A stretch of DNA of 64,000 nucleotides from Candidatus Cloacimonadales bacterium (lineage in GTDB: Bacteria > Cloacimonadota > Cloacimonadia > Cloacimonadales > JAIOQZ01), in assembly GCA_963665815.1 (NCBI GenBank), contig OY762463.1:480001-544000 (forward strand), written 5' to 3'. A model generated the notes under the pieces. The model saw only the letters and a list, made by a program, of their open reading frames with translations. It did no database searches and had not been told where the DNA came from. Below are positions 10,785 through 21,878 of this stretch, piece after piece (within the stretch, counting starts at the first letter, position 1; the number at the start of each line of letters is the position of its first letter). Made by a program: the position numbers and the translations under genes.

Positions 10785-12212
10785 TTAAATGAATTTTCTT
10801 AACATTAAGTATATTCTGTTTTTCGTCAATAAATTTGCTGAAAAGAGATAAATAAAGGTTATGAGAATAGATAATCCCAGAGAATACAATATTGATAAAT
10901 TTCTGATAAAGTAAAAGCCGGTAATCAGTAACAGAATTGCAAATCCATTTATCAATAGTTTGTTTAGAAAAATCCTGAATTTCAGTTTCAGCATTCTGAA
11001 AATGATAAATCCATATGTCAGGTGTGATACAAAAGTTGCTGCTACATATCCGGCAAGTGATGCTTTGAATCCAAAATGACTGCCTGCAAAAACGGCAATA
11101 ATAATCGTTAGAAGAGTAAAAATTCTCCAGTAAAGTTCGTATTGTGCTTTTTCCATGATAACCGGAATCGAGCTGATTGGATTAACAAAAAGCAGAGTAG
11201 CAGAATTAAGTGAAAGCATAACCATGACAGGCAGTGCATCTGCCCATTTATCTCCAAGGATGACAGGGATAATTTTCACAAGAAAGAAAACAAACCAAGC
11301 GAGTAATGCCCAGAAAATTCCGGTTACTGCAAAGAGATAGTTATGGATCCCTCTGTTCCTTTCTTCATTTGTCATTTGACTGAATGATGGAAAAAATACA
11401 TTCTTGATTGCAGTTGTAATAAACGATACCGGTGTATTGATCATTTTTCCTGCCAGACCAAACACACCGATTTCTGCAACAGAGAATGCATGACCCAGAT
11501 AGATAATCATGAAATTATTGCATAGAAAGCCAATAACATGTGTGATTGTAGTTATCTTAAGGAACCTGATGTCTTTTGACTTATCTACTCCATCCGTAAC
11601 AGGTTCTTTTTTTAATGATCCTGCTATTCTATACAAAATCCCTGCTTTTCTGTTTGTAAGCAGTAATATAACTTCGAACAGATCACCTGCGAGAAAACAG
11701 AGAAATAAAATCCAATAATTCGCTTTGAAGTGGAAAGAAATAAGTATCAAGGCAGAATAAAGAATGACATTAAATGTTTCGAATAAAGAAAACTGCTTGA
11801 ACATGAGTTTTTTCTGCAGATATGTTTTGGCTATTTTCCTGATAGAATACAGGAATACGAATATTGCGAAATAGCGAAACAAATCAATAAGCCGTTCATC
11901 TTTCATGTATATTGAAACCGGGACGGCAGAAAAAAAGAATAGAACAGTAAAAACAGAGGCAACAGTCAGAGTGATTTTTGTCAGGAGCGAGAAATAGTAT
12001 TTTTCAGCCTTTTTACGTACAACATAGAGATATTCAGTACTCAATGTTGCCAGCATTACTGCAAATGTTATTGCCCTGACGAACACCTCAAACAAGCCAA
12101 TGTCTTCTTTATCAAGACAGCGAGCTATGTACAGTGATAGTATTGCAACACCGCTTCGTCTGATCACTGAGAGACTCAAATTCCATTTTATTGATGAGAT
12201 TACTTTCTTCAT
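10785..12212 (-). CDS. Oligosaccharide flippase (Wzx/PST family)
   Basis: About 12-14 TM segments; IARCL..EDIGLF, ILGDKWADA. Confidence 0.85.
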   Translation of the reverse strand: MKKVISSIKWNLSLSVIRRSGVAILSLYIARCLDKEDIGLFEVFVRAITFAVMLATLSTEYLYVVRKKAEKYYFSLLTKITLTVASVFTVLFFFSAVPVSIYMKDERLIDLFRYFAIFVFLYSIRKIAKTYLQKKLMFKQFSLFETFNVILYSALILISFHFKANYWILFLCFLAGDLFEVILLLTNRKAGILYRIAGSLKKEPVTDGVDKSKDIRFLKITTITHVIGFLCNNFMIIYLGHAFSVAEIGVFGLAGKMINTPVSFITTAIKNVFFPSFSQMTNEERNRGIHNYLFAVTGIFWALLAWFVFFLVKIIPVILGDKWADALPVMVMLSLNSATLLFVNPISSIPVIMEKAQYELYWRIFTLLTIIIAVFAGSHFGFKASLAGYVAATFVSHLTYGFIIFRMLKLKFRIFLNKLLINGFAILLLITGFYFIRNLSILYSLGLSILITFIYLFSANLLTKNRIYLMLRKFI

Positions 12213-12392
12213 ATTTATTCCGAAACACAGAATATAAACAGTATTTCGATAGTCTATACTTTTTTATCAATATTCTTTATTAATACATGTTTTTTTTTAT
12301 AAATCATTAACAATTATGTGCTATCATTAAGGAAAGATATTATATTTCCTGCAGGAAGAGATCTAAGTAATTGCGAATTTTATAAGGAGCCG

Positions 12393-14486
12393 ATGATGGA
12401 GAAGAGTATAGAGAAGTATGGAGAACTCACGTTTTCTCTCAAAGTAATGAAGAATAAACTCAGCAGGAATGTTTACAGGAGATTTATAGATTGTGTGGAA
12501 AACGGTCTTGAATTTGATTCCGAGCTTGCAGATGATGTTGCTCATGCGATGAAAGAATGGGCGTTGGAAAATGGAGCAACTCATTTCACGCATTGGTTTC
12601 AGCCTTATAGATCCGGTACTGCTGAGAAGCATGAAACGTTTCTGATGTATGAGGATAGTGATGTAATTCAACGATTTTCCGGTAAGTGCCTGATGAAATC
12701 CGAGCCTGATGCTTCATCTTTCCCGTCTGGTGGAATGCGTTCAACATTTGAAGCTCGTGGTTATGCAAGCTGGGATCCGTTATCTCAGGCATTTCTTCTC
12801 GAAGCAGAAAAAACAAAAACGCTTGTAATCCCTTCTGTGTTTTTCTCATACTCTGGTTTGGTATTAGACTTGAAAACTCCTATGCTTCGTTCTCAAAATG
12901 CTTTAAACAAGGAATGTATTAGACTACAGAAATTTCTGGGAAATCGGTTAGCAAAAAATCTGAAGGTCAATATCGGAATTGAACAGGAGTATTTTCTTGT
13001 TAGAAAAAGTCTGTTTGATAAACGGCCTGATCTTAAGATATGTAACAGAACACTCATGGGTTTACCACCTGTTAAAGGTCAGCTTATGGAAGATCATTAT
13101 TTCAGCTCCATCAAACCGGAAGTACTTGCTTTCATGGAGGAACTTGATCATCAGCTCTTCCGAAGGGGTATACCTGTAAAGACCAGGCATAACGAAGTTG
13201 CTCCAAATCAGTTCGAGCTGGCTCCTTTATACGAGGAATCTAATCCTGCAGTAGATCATAATCTTCAGATAATGGATTTGCTTCAAAGAGTAGCTGGAAA
13301 GCATGGATTTTCTGCGTTGCTGCATGAGAAACCTTTTGCCTCAGTAAACGGATCCGGTAAGCATGTGAACTGGTCTATCAGTGATAACACTGGAGCAAAT
13401 TATCTTGAACCATCTAAATCACCTCTTAAAAATATTATGTTTCTTCTGACAATTGCTGCAATATTGTATGGAATTAAAAAACATGGTAAACTGTTGAGAG
13501 CAGTAATTGCAGATGCAGGAAATGAGCATAGACTCGGTGGAAATGAAGCACCTCCTGAAATTATCTCTGTTTATCTTGGAGATTATCTGACTAACTTATT
13601 CACTAATCTTGAAAATTCTCATGATATTACAACAGAGAAAATGGATTTTATTAATTCAGGACTTCAAAATCTCCCTAAAATCAGCAAGGATTTCTCAGAC
13701 AGAAACAGGACGTCTCCATTTGCTTTTACCGGAAACAAGTTCGAGTTCAGAGCTGTAGGCTCAAATCAGAATCCATCTGAAGCTATAACAATTATCAATA
13801 CAATCACTGCATGTGGTTACAATAAAATATTCAGAATGCTGGAAGAAATGGAGGGAAATCCACGCGAAAATGCATTCAAAGTATTTTCACGAATATACAA
13901 TTATAGTTCTGAGGTCGTGTTTAATGGTAATTGCTATTGTGAAGAGTGGGAAGCAGAAGCCCAAAAGAGAAATCTGTCATGTATAAAGAGTACATCTGAT
14001 GCTATATTGGTGATGAATGACGAGTGTTCAGTAAAGCTATTCAGGAGCTACAAAGTTTTATCTCCGGAAGAACTTAATTCCAAGGTTCTTGCAAAACTTG
14101 ATAACTATATAAACATGAAAAAGATAGAGATTAAATGTGCCGTGAGAATGATTGAGCAGGGATATCTACCGGTATTGCTGAAAGTAATGGATGAAGCTTC
14201 AGGTTTATTGAACAGTCTGAATCAACTGAATATCAGTAATGAAGATATTATGAATAAACTCAGACATCTTTCCAGATTGTATTCATCTCTGAAAGGGAAA
14301 AGTAACAGGCTGATTGAATTACTATCGGAAATTGAGACAGTGGATAGCCAGAATTTTTCATCGGATGCAATTCATACAGCTGACGATTTACTTAAAAAAC
14401 TCAGTGAATTGATTTCTCAGTGTGAGATGCAGTTACCTGAAAGCATGTTACCTTTTCCATCTCATGAGGAACTGCTTTCAATATAA
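12393..14486 (+). CDS. glnA: Glutamine synthetase type III
   Basis: ATHFTHWFQP, EPDASSFPSGG.RSTFEARGY, HNEVAPNQFE, NGSGKHVNWS, DRNRTSPFAFTGNKFEFR; start after AAGGAG. Confidence 0.95.
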   Translation: MMEKSIEKYGELTFSLKVMKNKLSRNVYRRFIDCVENGLEFDSELADDVAHAMKEWALENGATHFTHWFQPYRSGTAEKHETFLMYEDSDVIQRFSGKCLMKSEPDASSFPSGGMRSTFEARGYASWDPLSQAFLLEAEKTKTLVIPSVFFSYSGLVLDLKTPMLRSQNALNKECIRLQKFLGNRLAKNLKVNIGIEQEYFLVRKSLFDKRPDLKICNRTLMGLPPVKGQLMEDHYFSSIKPEVLAFMEELDHQLFRRGIPVKTRHNEVAPNQFELAPLYEESNPAVDHNLQIMDLLQRVAGKHGFSALLHEKPFASVNGSGKHVNWSISDNTGANYLEPSKSPLKNIMFLLTIAAILYGIKKHGKLLRAVIADAGNEHRLGGNEAPPEIISVYLGDYLTNLFTNLENSHDITTEKMDFINSGLQNLPKISKDFSDRNRTSPFAFTGNKFEFRAVGSNQNPSEAITIINTITACGYNKIFRMLEEMEGNPRENAFKVFSRIYNYSSEVVFNGNCYCEEWEAEAQKRNLSCIKSTSDAILVMNDECSVKLFRSYKVLSPEELNSKVLAKLDNYINMKKIEIKCAVRMIEQGYLPVLLKVMDEASGLLNSLNQLNISNEDIMNKLRHLSRLYSSLKGKSNRLIELLSEIETVDSQNFSSDAIHTADDLLKKLSELISQCEMQLPESMLPFPSHEELLSI

Positions 14487-14546
14487 GTTTATAGATAAGA
14501 GACAACCTGTTAATGATTCAGCAGGCTGCTCATTAGGATGAGAAGA

Positions 14547-15311
14547 CTAATATCCTGTCCTGAAAAGGTTTCTTGCCCCTTTTATCCCGCATTTCTGGTA
14601 TTTATTATATACTTTTGCTGCTCTTTCGAGGATTTGCTCGTCAGTTTCTTCTATCAGCCAGCCATCTAAGGCCCACTTCAGAGTGTATGCTTCAGGAGCC
14701 ATAAGGTTTGTTGTCCATAGCAACGGGTTTACTCCGGTTTTCATAATATATTTTTTAAAATACCTTTTACTTGCACATGCAAGAATGATTGCCTCTTGTT
14801 TATCTTTTCTTCTTGAAAGTGAATCTTCGATTTCAAATTCCATCAGTCCATCATGTCCCACGTAAGAAATAAGATCGGATTTCCCACCAAATCTGAGTTT
14901 AAGAGAGTCTATCGCGATATCTACTGTAAAGTTATCACTTGCAGATAACAGAAAATCTGTGATTGTCTGTTTGATTTCTGCACCGTTATATGCATCTGCC
15001 AACAAATAAGCATTATGAACTTTATGTTTAAAAATAACTCTCTGGATAACAATGCTGTCAGGAGTATTTACCGTTTTAACAAGTTTCCACTCTTTACTGT
15101 TTTTGAAATATGTTTTTACTCCACCCGACAATCCCCAATATAGATTGTTATCAGCATCTTTACCGTTTCCCATAAATGCAGGAACTTTATGGATGCCCTG
15201 ATGAATATTATCACAAAGAGCCACAAATACATGAATAGTCTCAATTCCCTCATTTGAAAGTAATGGGATTCCAATAATTAATATGATGAAAACAATTATA
15301 TTTTTTTTCAT
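14547..15311 (-). CDS. Conserved-looking exported hypothetical protein
   Basis: Signal peptide; motifs HVFVALCDN..QG, NNLYWG, YVGHDGLM, ILACAS, LMAPEAY. Confidence 0.7.
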   Translation of the reverse strand: MKKNIIVFIILIIGIPLLSNEGIETIHVFVALCDNIHQGIHKVPAFMGNGKDADNNLYWGLSGGVKTYFKNSKEWKLVKTVNTPDSIVIQRVIFKHKVHNAYLLADAYNGAEIKQTITDFLLSASDNFTVDIAIDSLKLRFGGKSDLISYVGHDGLMEFEIEDSLSRRKDKQEAIILACASKRYFKKYIMKTGVNPLLWTTNLMAPEAYTLKWALDGWLIEETDEQILERAAKVYNKYQKCGIKGARNLFRTGY

Positions 15312-15879
15312 ACAAGCGACTCCTGAATATTTCAGTCAATTGATGAAAGTTTCTTGAATAAATGTCAATAAAAGAAAAGGCAAACATGCCCCCTTTTTTT
15401 AGAAATTTTGATACTGCATTAATGCTCAGTCACCATCAGTACTTATTTATGTTTTCATTTCTTTTCATCGGAAAAGAAACGAAACAAAGAAAACTCCCCA
15501 CGGTCGAAAGATTATTTAAGAAACTTGTTCATCATGGGCTTTGTTAGGCTCGCTGCAAAGCTCTTTTATTACGTAAAATAGTTCAATCATGAACTTTTCG
15601 TAATACAGTAAATCATATCATTAGCTCGAACAGGTAACAAAGCCTGTTCAAGATTCACTTTATTTCTTCGAGACAATAATCTTTCTCAAATGTGGGTCTT
15701 TGCTATAAGATTATCTGAGTTTCTTCAAGACCTGTAAATTGTTAAATTTTCATTAGATACAGGTATTATGTATCTATATTACAATCAGTTGCATTATATT
15801 GGAAATGTAATTTTGGGGATATGCCTCAAATCAAAAGGCAGTCAGTTAGACTGCCTTGAAAACATGTATAATCTTAAAG

Positions 15880-16491
15880 TTAAACTTCCTCTACAATCTC
15901 ATCATAGGTATATCTGAAACCTCTGGGATACAACTCTTTTGATTTATCATAATATCCCATGGTAATAACCATGACAACGTGTTCATCTTCTTTCAAGTTG
16001 AACTTACTTTTTATTCCATCAAAGTCAATACCGCTCATTGGGTGAGTGTCTACACCTTTTGATTTTGCGGTGTACATGATTGACATGGCAAGTAATCCTG
16101 CGTTACTCTCTGCAAACTTAATCTTCCTTTCTTCACTTGAACCATACAAATAGTTTGCAGCGTCTTTAGCTCCCTGTACTACCTGTTCATTTGTCAGCTT
16201 CAGCATTTCTGCCCAAGTTTTGCTCTCATCTCTGAAACCTTTTCTATCTCCTGCAATTATTAAACTTACCGGAGCATCCAGAACTTTTGGTTGCTTGTTG
16301 GAAAGCTCAAACAGGTCTTTCTTTGCCTGATCTGACTTTACTGCTATAACTTTCCATGGTTGCAGATTAAATGCAGATGGAGCAAGTACGGCAGTATCAA
16401 TTATTTCTCTTAAAACATTATCAGCTATAGGTTTTGATTTATCAAAGAAGTTTACGGATCTTCTTTCATTAATAACATCTATATATTTCAT
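15880..16491 (-). CDS. Nitroreductase family protein
   Basis: RRSVNFF, APSAFNLQPW, GVDTHPMSG. Confidence 0.93.
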   Translation of the reverse strand: MKYIDVINERRSVNFFDKSKPIADNVLREIIDTAVLAPSAFNLQPWKVIAVKSDQAKKDLFELSNKQPKVLDAPVSLIIAGDRKGFRDESKTWAEMLKLTNEQVVQGAKDAANYLYGSSEERKIKFAESNAGLLAMSIMYTAKSKGVDTHPMSGIDFDGIKSKFNLKEDEHVVMVITMGYYDKSKELYPRGFRYTYDEIVEEV

Positions 16492-16676
16492 TTTTTTTCT
16501 CCTGTTAGTTCATTCTATTAATTATTTCAATTAATACTTTTATTATAGTATAAGTAAACGGTATGAAATGCAATATCTTTTTTTTTCTATCAAAAGAGTT
16601 TTAAATAATTTGTCCATGCAGTGAATAGTATTACTTTTTTATTATAGCTCTTAAAAATATATATGATGGGGATTAC

Positions 16677-17657
16677 ATGAAAATTCTTATATTCTTTTTT
16701 ATTATGTTATTAGTCCTATTGGGGTGCAGTGATGATAATGGGGCTAATAAACTATCTTCTGTTCGTATCGGTGTGCAGAATAATACTGCTTCAGCCTTGA
16801 TTTTTATTGCTGCTCAAAGAGGTTTCTTTAAAAGCAATGGATTAAAAGCCGAAATTGTTCAATATCCTTCCGGAAAAATCGCACTTCAGAACATGTTAAA
16901 GGGAAATGTCGATATGGCTGTCTCAAGTGATATTCCTGTTACCGTGAACGCAATCAGAAATGAGAATTTCAGAATACTATCAACAATTTCCAAAACAACC
17001 CAGGGAGCCTGGATAATTGCAAGAGCTGATCGGGCCATTGATGAGCCTGCGGATTTATCAGGAAAGACAATTGGCACACAGTCAAATTCTGCAGTCCATT
17101 ACTTTCTATGGCTTTTCGCAGAGAAGTACGGTATTTTTGATGAAATCACTATTAAGTTTATACCTGCTGTTAATCTTGTAGATTCTCTTGAAACGGGTAC
17201 GATAGATGCTTTTTCTATGAGAAATCCCTTTATTAAAGATGCGGAGAATAGATTAAAGGGAAATACAATTGAATTCAAAGAGAGTGACTTATATATTCAA
17301 AATTTCCTTTTGTTAGTCAATAATGAGTTCATGTCAGACAATCAATATACATTGAATAAAGTATTGAAATCTTTGCAGGATGCCGAAAAATTGACCATTA
17401 TCAATCAGGATAATGCCTGTAAAGCTCTTTGCTCTTATTGGGAAGATAAAAGAAACGAAGAAGTTGAAGAAAGCTGGGATAAATATGATTTTGAAATTTC
17501 ATTAAGTCAGCAGCTGATAAATTTGATTGAGGATGAGTTTCAGTTTGCAGAGCATATTGGAGTACCAACCCAAATTGATAACGTGAATATATTTAATTAC
17601 ATTTATATCGAGCCTCTTCAGGATATTGCTCCGTCTAAAGTTTCAGTTTACAGGTAA
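16677..17657 (+). CDS. NMT1/SsuA-like substrate-binding lipoprotein
   Basis: Lipobox LLGC; IAAQRGFFKSNGL, ADLSGKTIG, GTIDAF. Confidence 0.85.
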   Translation: MKILIFFFIMLLVLLGCSDDNGANKLSSVRIGVQNNTASALIFIAAQRGFFKSNGLKAEIVQYPSGKIALQNMLKGNVDMAVSSDIPVTVNAIRNENFRILSTISKTTQGAWIIARADRAIDEPADLSGKTIGTQSNSAVHYFLWLFAEKYGIFDEITIKFIPAVNLVDSLETGTIDAFSMRNPFIKDAENRLKGNTIEFKESDLYIQNFLLLVNNEFMSDNQYTLNKVLKSLQDAEKLTIINQDNACKALCSYWEDKRNEEVEESWDKYDFEISLSQQLINLIEDEFQFAEHIGVPTQIDNVNIFNYIYIEPLQDIAPSKVSVYR

Positions 17658-17662
17658 AGATA

Positions 17663-19507
17663 ATGAGTATTAGAGCGAAGATATCGGTTTTTACGACAAT
17701 TTTTATAATTCTTTTTGTTTCAAGCGTCTTGCTGTTAGTGTCGCTCAACGCCAGAAACTCTGAAATATACAAACAAAGAATATATATTAATGATATTTTA
17801 TACAAAATTTTTGAGATTAATATTTTATCAAAGGATTTATTACTTAAAAATAATGAAAGGTCTATCAAACAATGGGAAGCAAGTTACAAAAATCTCCAGA
17901 AGGCAATTGAGTTAGCTCATTCAATAAGGCTGGATGACTTTTCTCATAATATATTGCATGAAAGAGTAATTGAAAAGAGTGTTGCACTTTATGAGTATTA
18001 CAGGTCATTCAGAAATAATGATTTGAGCAAAGAAATGAAGCTTAGAGTATTAAAAAATATGGATCTTACTTCCTTGGAAATGACAAGTGCCGTTCAGCAA
18101 TGCAAAGATTTGGTCATGAAGAAAGAGAAAAAGGAGCTTAAAGCTTATAATTATGGAATGCTGACCATATTTACATCTAATTTTGCCTTATTGCTCTGGT
18201 TGATAATTTTTTATCTTTTCAATATCGGTAGACCTTTAATCAGCTTGAATAAGGATATAAAAAAAATAAAAGATGGAGATCTGACTCACGTTGCTGAAGT
18301 TCATCACAAAGATGAGATAGGTGCAGTGGCTATGGCTTTCAATGAACTTAAGATACAGCTGGCTGAAGCTTATGCAGTGACTAAAAAACACAATCTTCTC
18401 TTAGAACATGAAATAGGTGACAGAATTGCAGAAATTCAAAAAGCAAGTGCTGATTTATCTACGCAGAAAGAGACATTTGAAATGCTTCTTAACGGTATAG
18501 ATGATGTAATATATGTAGCCGATCCCGAGACATATGAACTGATCTACTTTAATGAAACAGCTGAGAAAACATGGGGTGAAGGACAAATTGGGAAAAAATG
18601 TCACAAAGTTTTGCAAGACAGAGATGAACCATGTCCATTCTGTACTAACTACATTATTTTTGGAGAAAAACTTGGTACAACTCATTACTGGGAATTCAAA
18701 AATGAGGTTAATGAACACTGGTACCGCTGTGCAGATAAAGCAATAAAATGGCTTGATGGTCGCAAGGTAAGATTTGAACTGGCTTCAGATATTAATGAAT
18801 TGAAACAAGCCAGACTTGATTTGGAAGAATCTAATAAAGAGCTTGAACAGTTTGCTTATGTTGCTTCACATGATCTTCAGGAACCTTTAAGGAAGATTAA
18901 CAGTTTCTCAGAGCTTTTTGCAAGAAAATTTTCTGATTTAGTAGACGAGACAGGCGAAAGGTATCTGTTTTACATAACTGATGGTACAAAGCGAATGCAG
19001 AATCTTATTTCAGACTTACTGACTTTATCGCGGATAAATACTCAGGGGTGTGTGTTCAAGAAAGTGGATATATATAAAGTAATGACCCAAATCTCTGAAT
19101 TGTTTAGTGATAAGTTAGATAGGCTGGATGGAAGAATAATCTACAATGAACTTCCTGTGATTTTTGGAGATGAGGGACAGATAACTCAATTATTTCAAAA
19201 CCTCATTGGAAATGCAATAAAGTTCAGAAGGTCCGATGTTAAACCAAAAGTTGAAATTACATTTGAAGCCAATAATAAAGAGTGGATCTTTTATGTAAAA
19301 GATAATGGTATTGGAATTAACAGTGACTATTTTGAAAGAGTATTTGTTATTTTTCAGAGACTTCACAGTAAAGAAAAGTTTTCAGGAACCGGAATTGGTC
19401 TTGCAATTTGCAAGCAGATTGTTAACAGACATGGCGGTAAAATCAGTATTGAGTCTGAGGTAGGGAATGGCTCAACATTCAGATTCAGTATCGCAAAACC
19501 AAAATAA
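17663..19507 (+). CDS. Membrane sensor histidine kinase (TM-HAMP-PAS-HisKA-HATPase, Cph1-like kinase core)
   Basis: DEIGAVAMAFN (HAMP); LEQFAYVASHDLQEPLRKI; NLIGNAIKF, DNGIGI, GTGIGLA. Confidence 0.93.
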   Translation: MSIRAKISVFTTIFIILFVSSVLLLVSLNARNSEIYKQRIYINDILYKIFEINILSKDLLLKNNERSIKQWEASYKNLQKAIELAHSIRLDDFSHNILHERVIEKSVALYEYYRSFRNNDLSKEMKLRVLKNMDLTSLEMTSAVQQCKDLVMKKEKKELKAYNYGMLTIFTSNFALLLWLIIFYLFNIGRPLISLNKDIKKIKDGDLTHVAEVHHKDEIGAVAMAFNELKIQLAEAYAVTKKHNLLLEHEIGDRIAEIQKASADLSTQKETFEMLLNGIDDVIYVADPETYELIYFNETAEKTWGEGQIGKKCHKVLQDRDEPCPFCTNYIIFGEKLGTTHYWEFKNEVNEHWYRCADKAIKWLDGRKVRFELASDINELKQARLDLEESNKELEQFAYVASHDLQEPLRKINSFSELFARKFSDLVDETGERYLFYITDGTKRMQNLISDLLTLSRINTQGCVFKKVDIYKVMTQISELFSDKLDRLDGRIIYNELPVIFGDEGQITQLFQNLIGNAIKFRRSDVKPKVEITFEANNKEWIFYVKDNGIGINSDYFERVFVIFQRLHSKEKFSGTGIGLAICKQIVNRHGGKISIESEVGNGSTFRFSIAKPK

Positions 19508-19522
19508 AATGGAGGAAAAAAA

Positions 19523-19960
19523 ATGAGCAAACTTGAACTTGAAATTCTTCTGGTTGAAGATGATCCGGCAGATATTGAACTAACTAGAGAAATGCTGATT
19601 GAATCTAAGTTAAAGCTGAATCTCAATGAAGTCCATGATGGGGTTGAAGCCATGGAATATCTCAGAAAAGATGGCAAGTATGAAAATGCACCAACTCCTG
19701 ATTTGATTATGCTGGATTTGAACATGCCGAGAAAGGATGGAAGAGAGACTCTGGAAGAGATAAAATCTGATGAGGAATTCAAGAAAATACCAGTTGTGAT
19801 TCTTACAACATCAGATTCGAACAATGATATAATAAAAAGTTACACTTCTGGGGCAAATTGCTATATTACTAAACCTGTAGGACTGGATCAATTCAGAAAA
19901 GTTGTAGATGCTATTGAGTGTTTCTGGTTTACAATTGTCAAACTTCCTGGGAAATCATAA
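19523..19960 (+). CDS. Single-domain response regulator, Rcp1-like
   Basis: ILLVEDD, PDLIMLDLNMP, VILTTS, GANCYITKP, FWFTIVKLP. Confidence 0.93.
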   Translation: MSKLELEILLVEDDPADIELTREMLIESKLKLNLNEVHDGVEAMEYLRKDGKYENAPTPDLIMLDLNMPRKDGRETLEEIKSDEEFKKIPVVILTTSDSNNDIIKSYTSGANCYITKPVGLDQFRKVVDAIECFWFTIVKLPGKS

Positions 19961-19970
19961 TGGGGTAGTA

Positions 19971-21878
19971 ATGAAATACAGATGTATCAAGATTCTTTAT
20001 ATTGAGGATGATCCAACTGAAGTGTTTTTAGTTAAAGAATTGCTGAGGGAGATCGAACATCTTAATTTTGATTTGAAGACGGAGTGTGATTTAAAGAGTG
20101 GACTACAAAGTCTTAAGCATAACAGTTTTGATATAGTTCTTCTTGATATGGGATTACCGGACAGTTCAGGAGAAAACACTGTTCACACCATTGTAGATAA
20201 CTGCTCGGATACGGCAATTATCGTCTTAACAGGTCTTGATGATTTTAAAACTTCGTTGGATATTCTCGATTATGGTGTTCAGGATTATCTTGTCAAAGGG
20301 CAGTACAGTCCGGAACTTTTGTATAAATCAATTGTGTATGCTATTGAAAGAAAGAACTTTGAGAAAAAGCTTCTGGCCAGTAGTGAAAAGACTCTCAAAT
20401 ATCTGAATATCGTTGCTGAAATCGTAATGACAATTGATTTTGAAGGTCATATTATGCAGATTAATAATACCGGATGTAAACTTTTAGGTTATAGTGAAAA
20501 TGAAGTGATTGGTAAGAATTGGTTTAAGGAGTTTATGCGTGAGGAAGACAGATGTGAATTCGTTGACTACATAAAGGCGATATTAGAAACATCTGAGAAT
20601 CAGATTTTCTTTAACGAGAGTACAATAGTTACTGCAGATGGCAAAAACAGAATTATCTCCTGGAGAAACAAATTAATCGTTGATAAAGTAAAAGGGTTCA
20701 GGGGAGTTTTATGCTCAGGTCAGGATGTAACAGAAAAGAAGAGTGTTGAAGAACAATTATATCAGAGTCAAAGACTGGAAAGTATAGGTAGACTGGCTGG
20801 AGGAATTGCTCATGACTTTAATAATCTTTTATCCGTAATATTGGGGTACTCGGAGATCGCAATGCTTAGTCTATCAAAAGAAGACAGACTGTATGAAGAT
20901 ATACACGAAATCAGTGCAGCTGCTGAACGTTCAAAAAAGATTACCAGACAACTTCTAACATTTGCCAGAAAGGATATCAGCTCTCCACGTAAAATTAACG
21001 TGATCGAACATATAAATGGTATGTATAAAATGATAAAATGCCTTATTGGTGAAGATATTGACCTTAATATAAAAGATGATTGTAAGAAATGTAACATTTA
21101 TATTGATCCTTCTCATCTTGATCAAATCATAATGAATTTGAGCGTAAATGCCAGAGACGCAGTTGCTGGAGTGGGGGGAATAACAATTTCTGTACACAAT
21201 ATTGAAGAATGTCGAGGTGCAGAAGGAATTGTAGTACGTGAAAAATTTGTACAGATAAAATTCACAGATAGTGGTTGCGGAATGAGTGAAGATGTTGTTA
21301 ACAAGGTATTCGAGCCTTTCTTCACAACAAAAAAAGTTGGTCAGGGGACAGGATTGGGATTATCGACAGTTTATGGAATTGTGAAACAGAATAGAGGTTT
21401 CATAGAAATTGAGTCAAAAGAACATTATGGTACAACATTCTTGATCTGTTTTCCACAGACAGAAGATGCATCTGAAATAAATGGACATTATGACATAAAA
21501 CATGAATTTCATGTAGATAATGTTAATATTCTCCTCGTTGAGGATGATGAAAAAGTAATTAAAATGGTTCGTAGAATGCTTGAGCTTCTGGGATTCAATA
21601 TCCATGCATGTACATCGCCTAAACAGGCATTAAATGAGGTTTTATCTGGAACAATCAAAGTTGATCTGCTTATTACGGATGTGATTATGCCGGATATTAA
21701 CGGGCGAGATCTGGCATTGCAGATCAGCCAGAGATATCCCGATGTGAAAATTCTTTTCATGTCAGGCTACTCAAAAGATGTAATACTGGAGAGAACTCAC
21801 TTTGCAGAAAATTTGAACTACATACATAAACCATTTACTCAGATAGAACTTGTAGAAAAGCTGAAGTTATTGCTGTAG
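19971..21878 (+). CDS. Hybrid histidine kinase (REC-PAS-HisKA-HATPase-REC)
   Basis: N-terminal receiver, PAS, LAGGIAHDFNN, NARDA, GTGLGLS, C-terminal LLITDVIMP receiver. Confidence 0.93.
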   Translation: MKYRCIKILYIEDDPTEVFLVKELLREIEHLNFDLKTECDLKSGLQSLKHNSFDIVLLDMGLPDSSGENTVHTIVDNCSDTAIIVLTGLDDFKTSLDILDYGVQDYLVKGQYSPELLYKSIVYAIERKNFEKKLLASSEKTLKYLNIVAEIVMTIDFEGHIMQINNTGCKLLGYSENEVIGKNWFKEFMREEDRCEFVDYIKAILETSENQIFFNESTIVTADGKNRIISWRNKLIVDKVKGFRGVLCSGQDVTEKKSVEEQLYQSQRLESIGRLAGGIAHDFNNLLSVILGYSEIAMLSLSKEDRLYEDIHEISAAAERSKKITRQLLTFARKDISSPRKINVIEHINGMYKMIKCLIGEDIDLNIKDDCKKCNIYIDPSHLDQIIMNLSVNARDAVAGVGGITISVHNIEECRGAEGIVVREKFVQIKFTDSGCGMSEDVVNKVFEPFFTTKKVGQGTGLGLSTVYGIVKQNRGFIEIESKEHYGTTFLICFPQTEDASEINGHYDIKHEFHVDNVNILLVEDDEKVIKMVRRMLELLGFNIHACTSPKQALNEVLSGTIKVDLLITDVIMPDINGRDLALQISQRYPDVKILFMSGYSKDVILERTHFAENLNYIHKPFTQIELVEKLKLLL

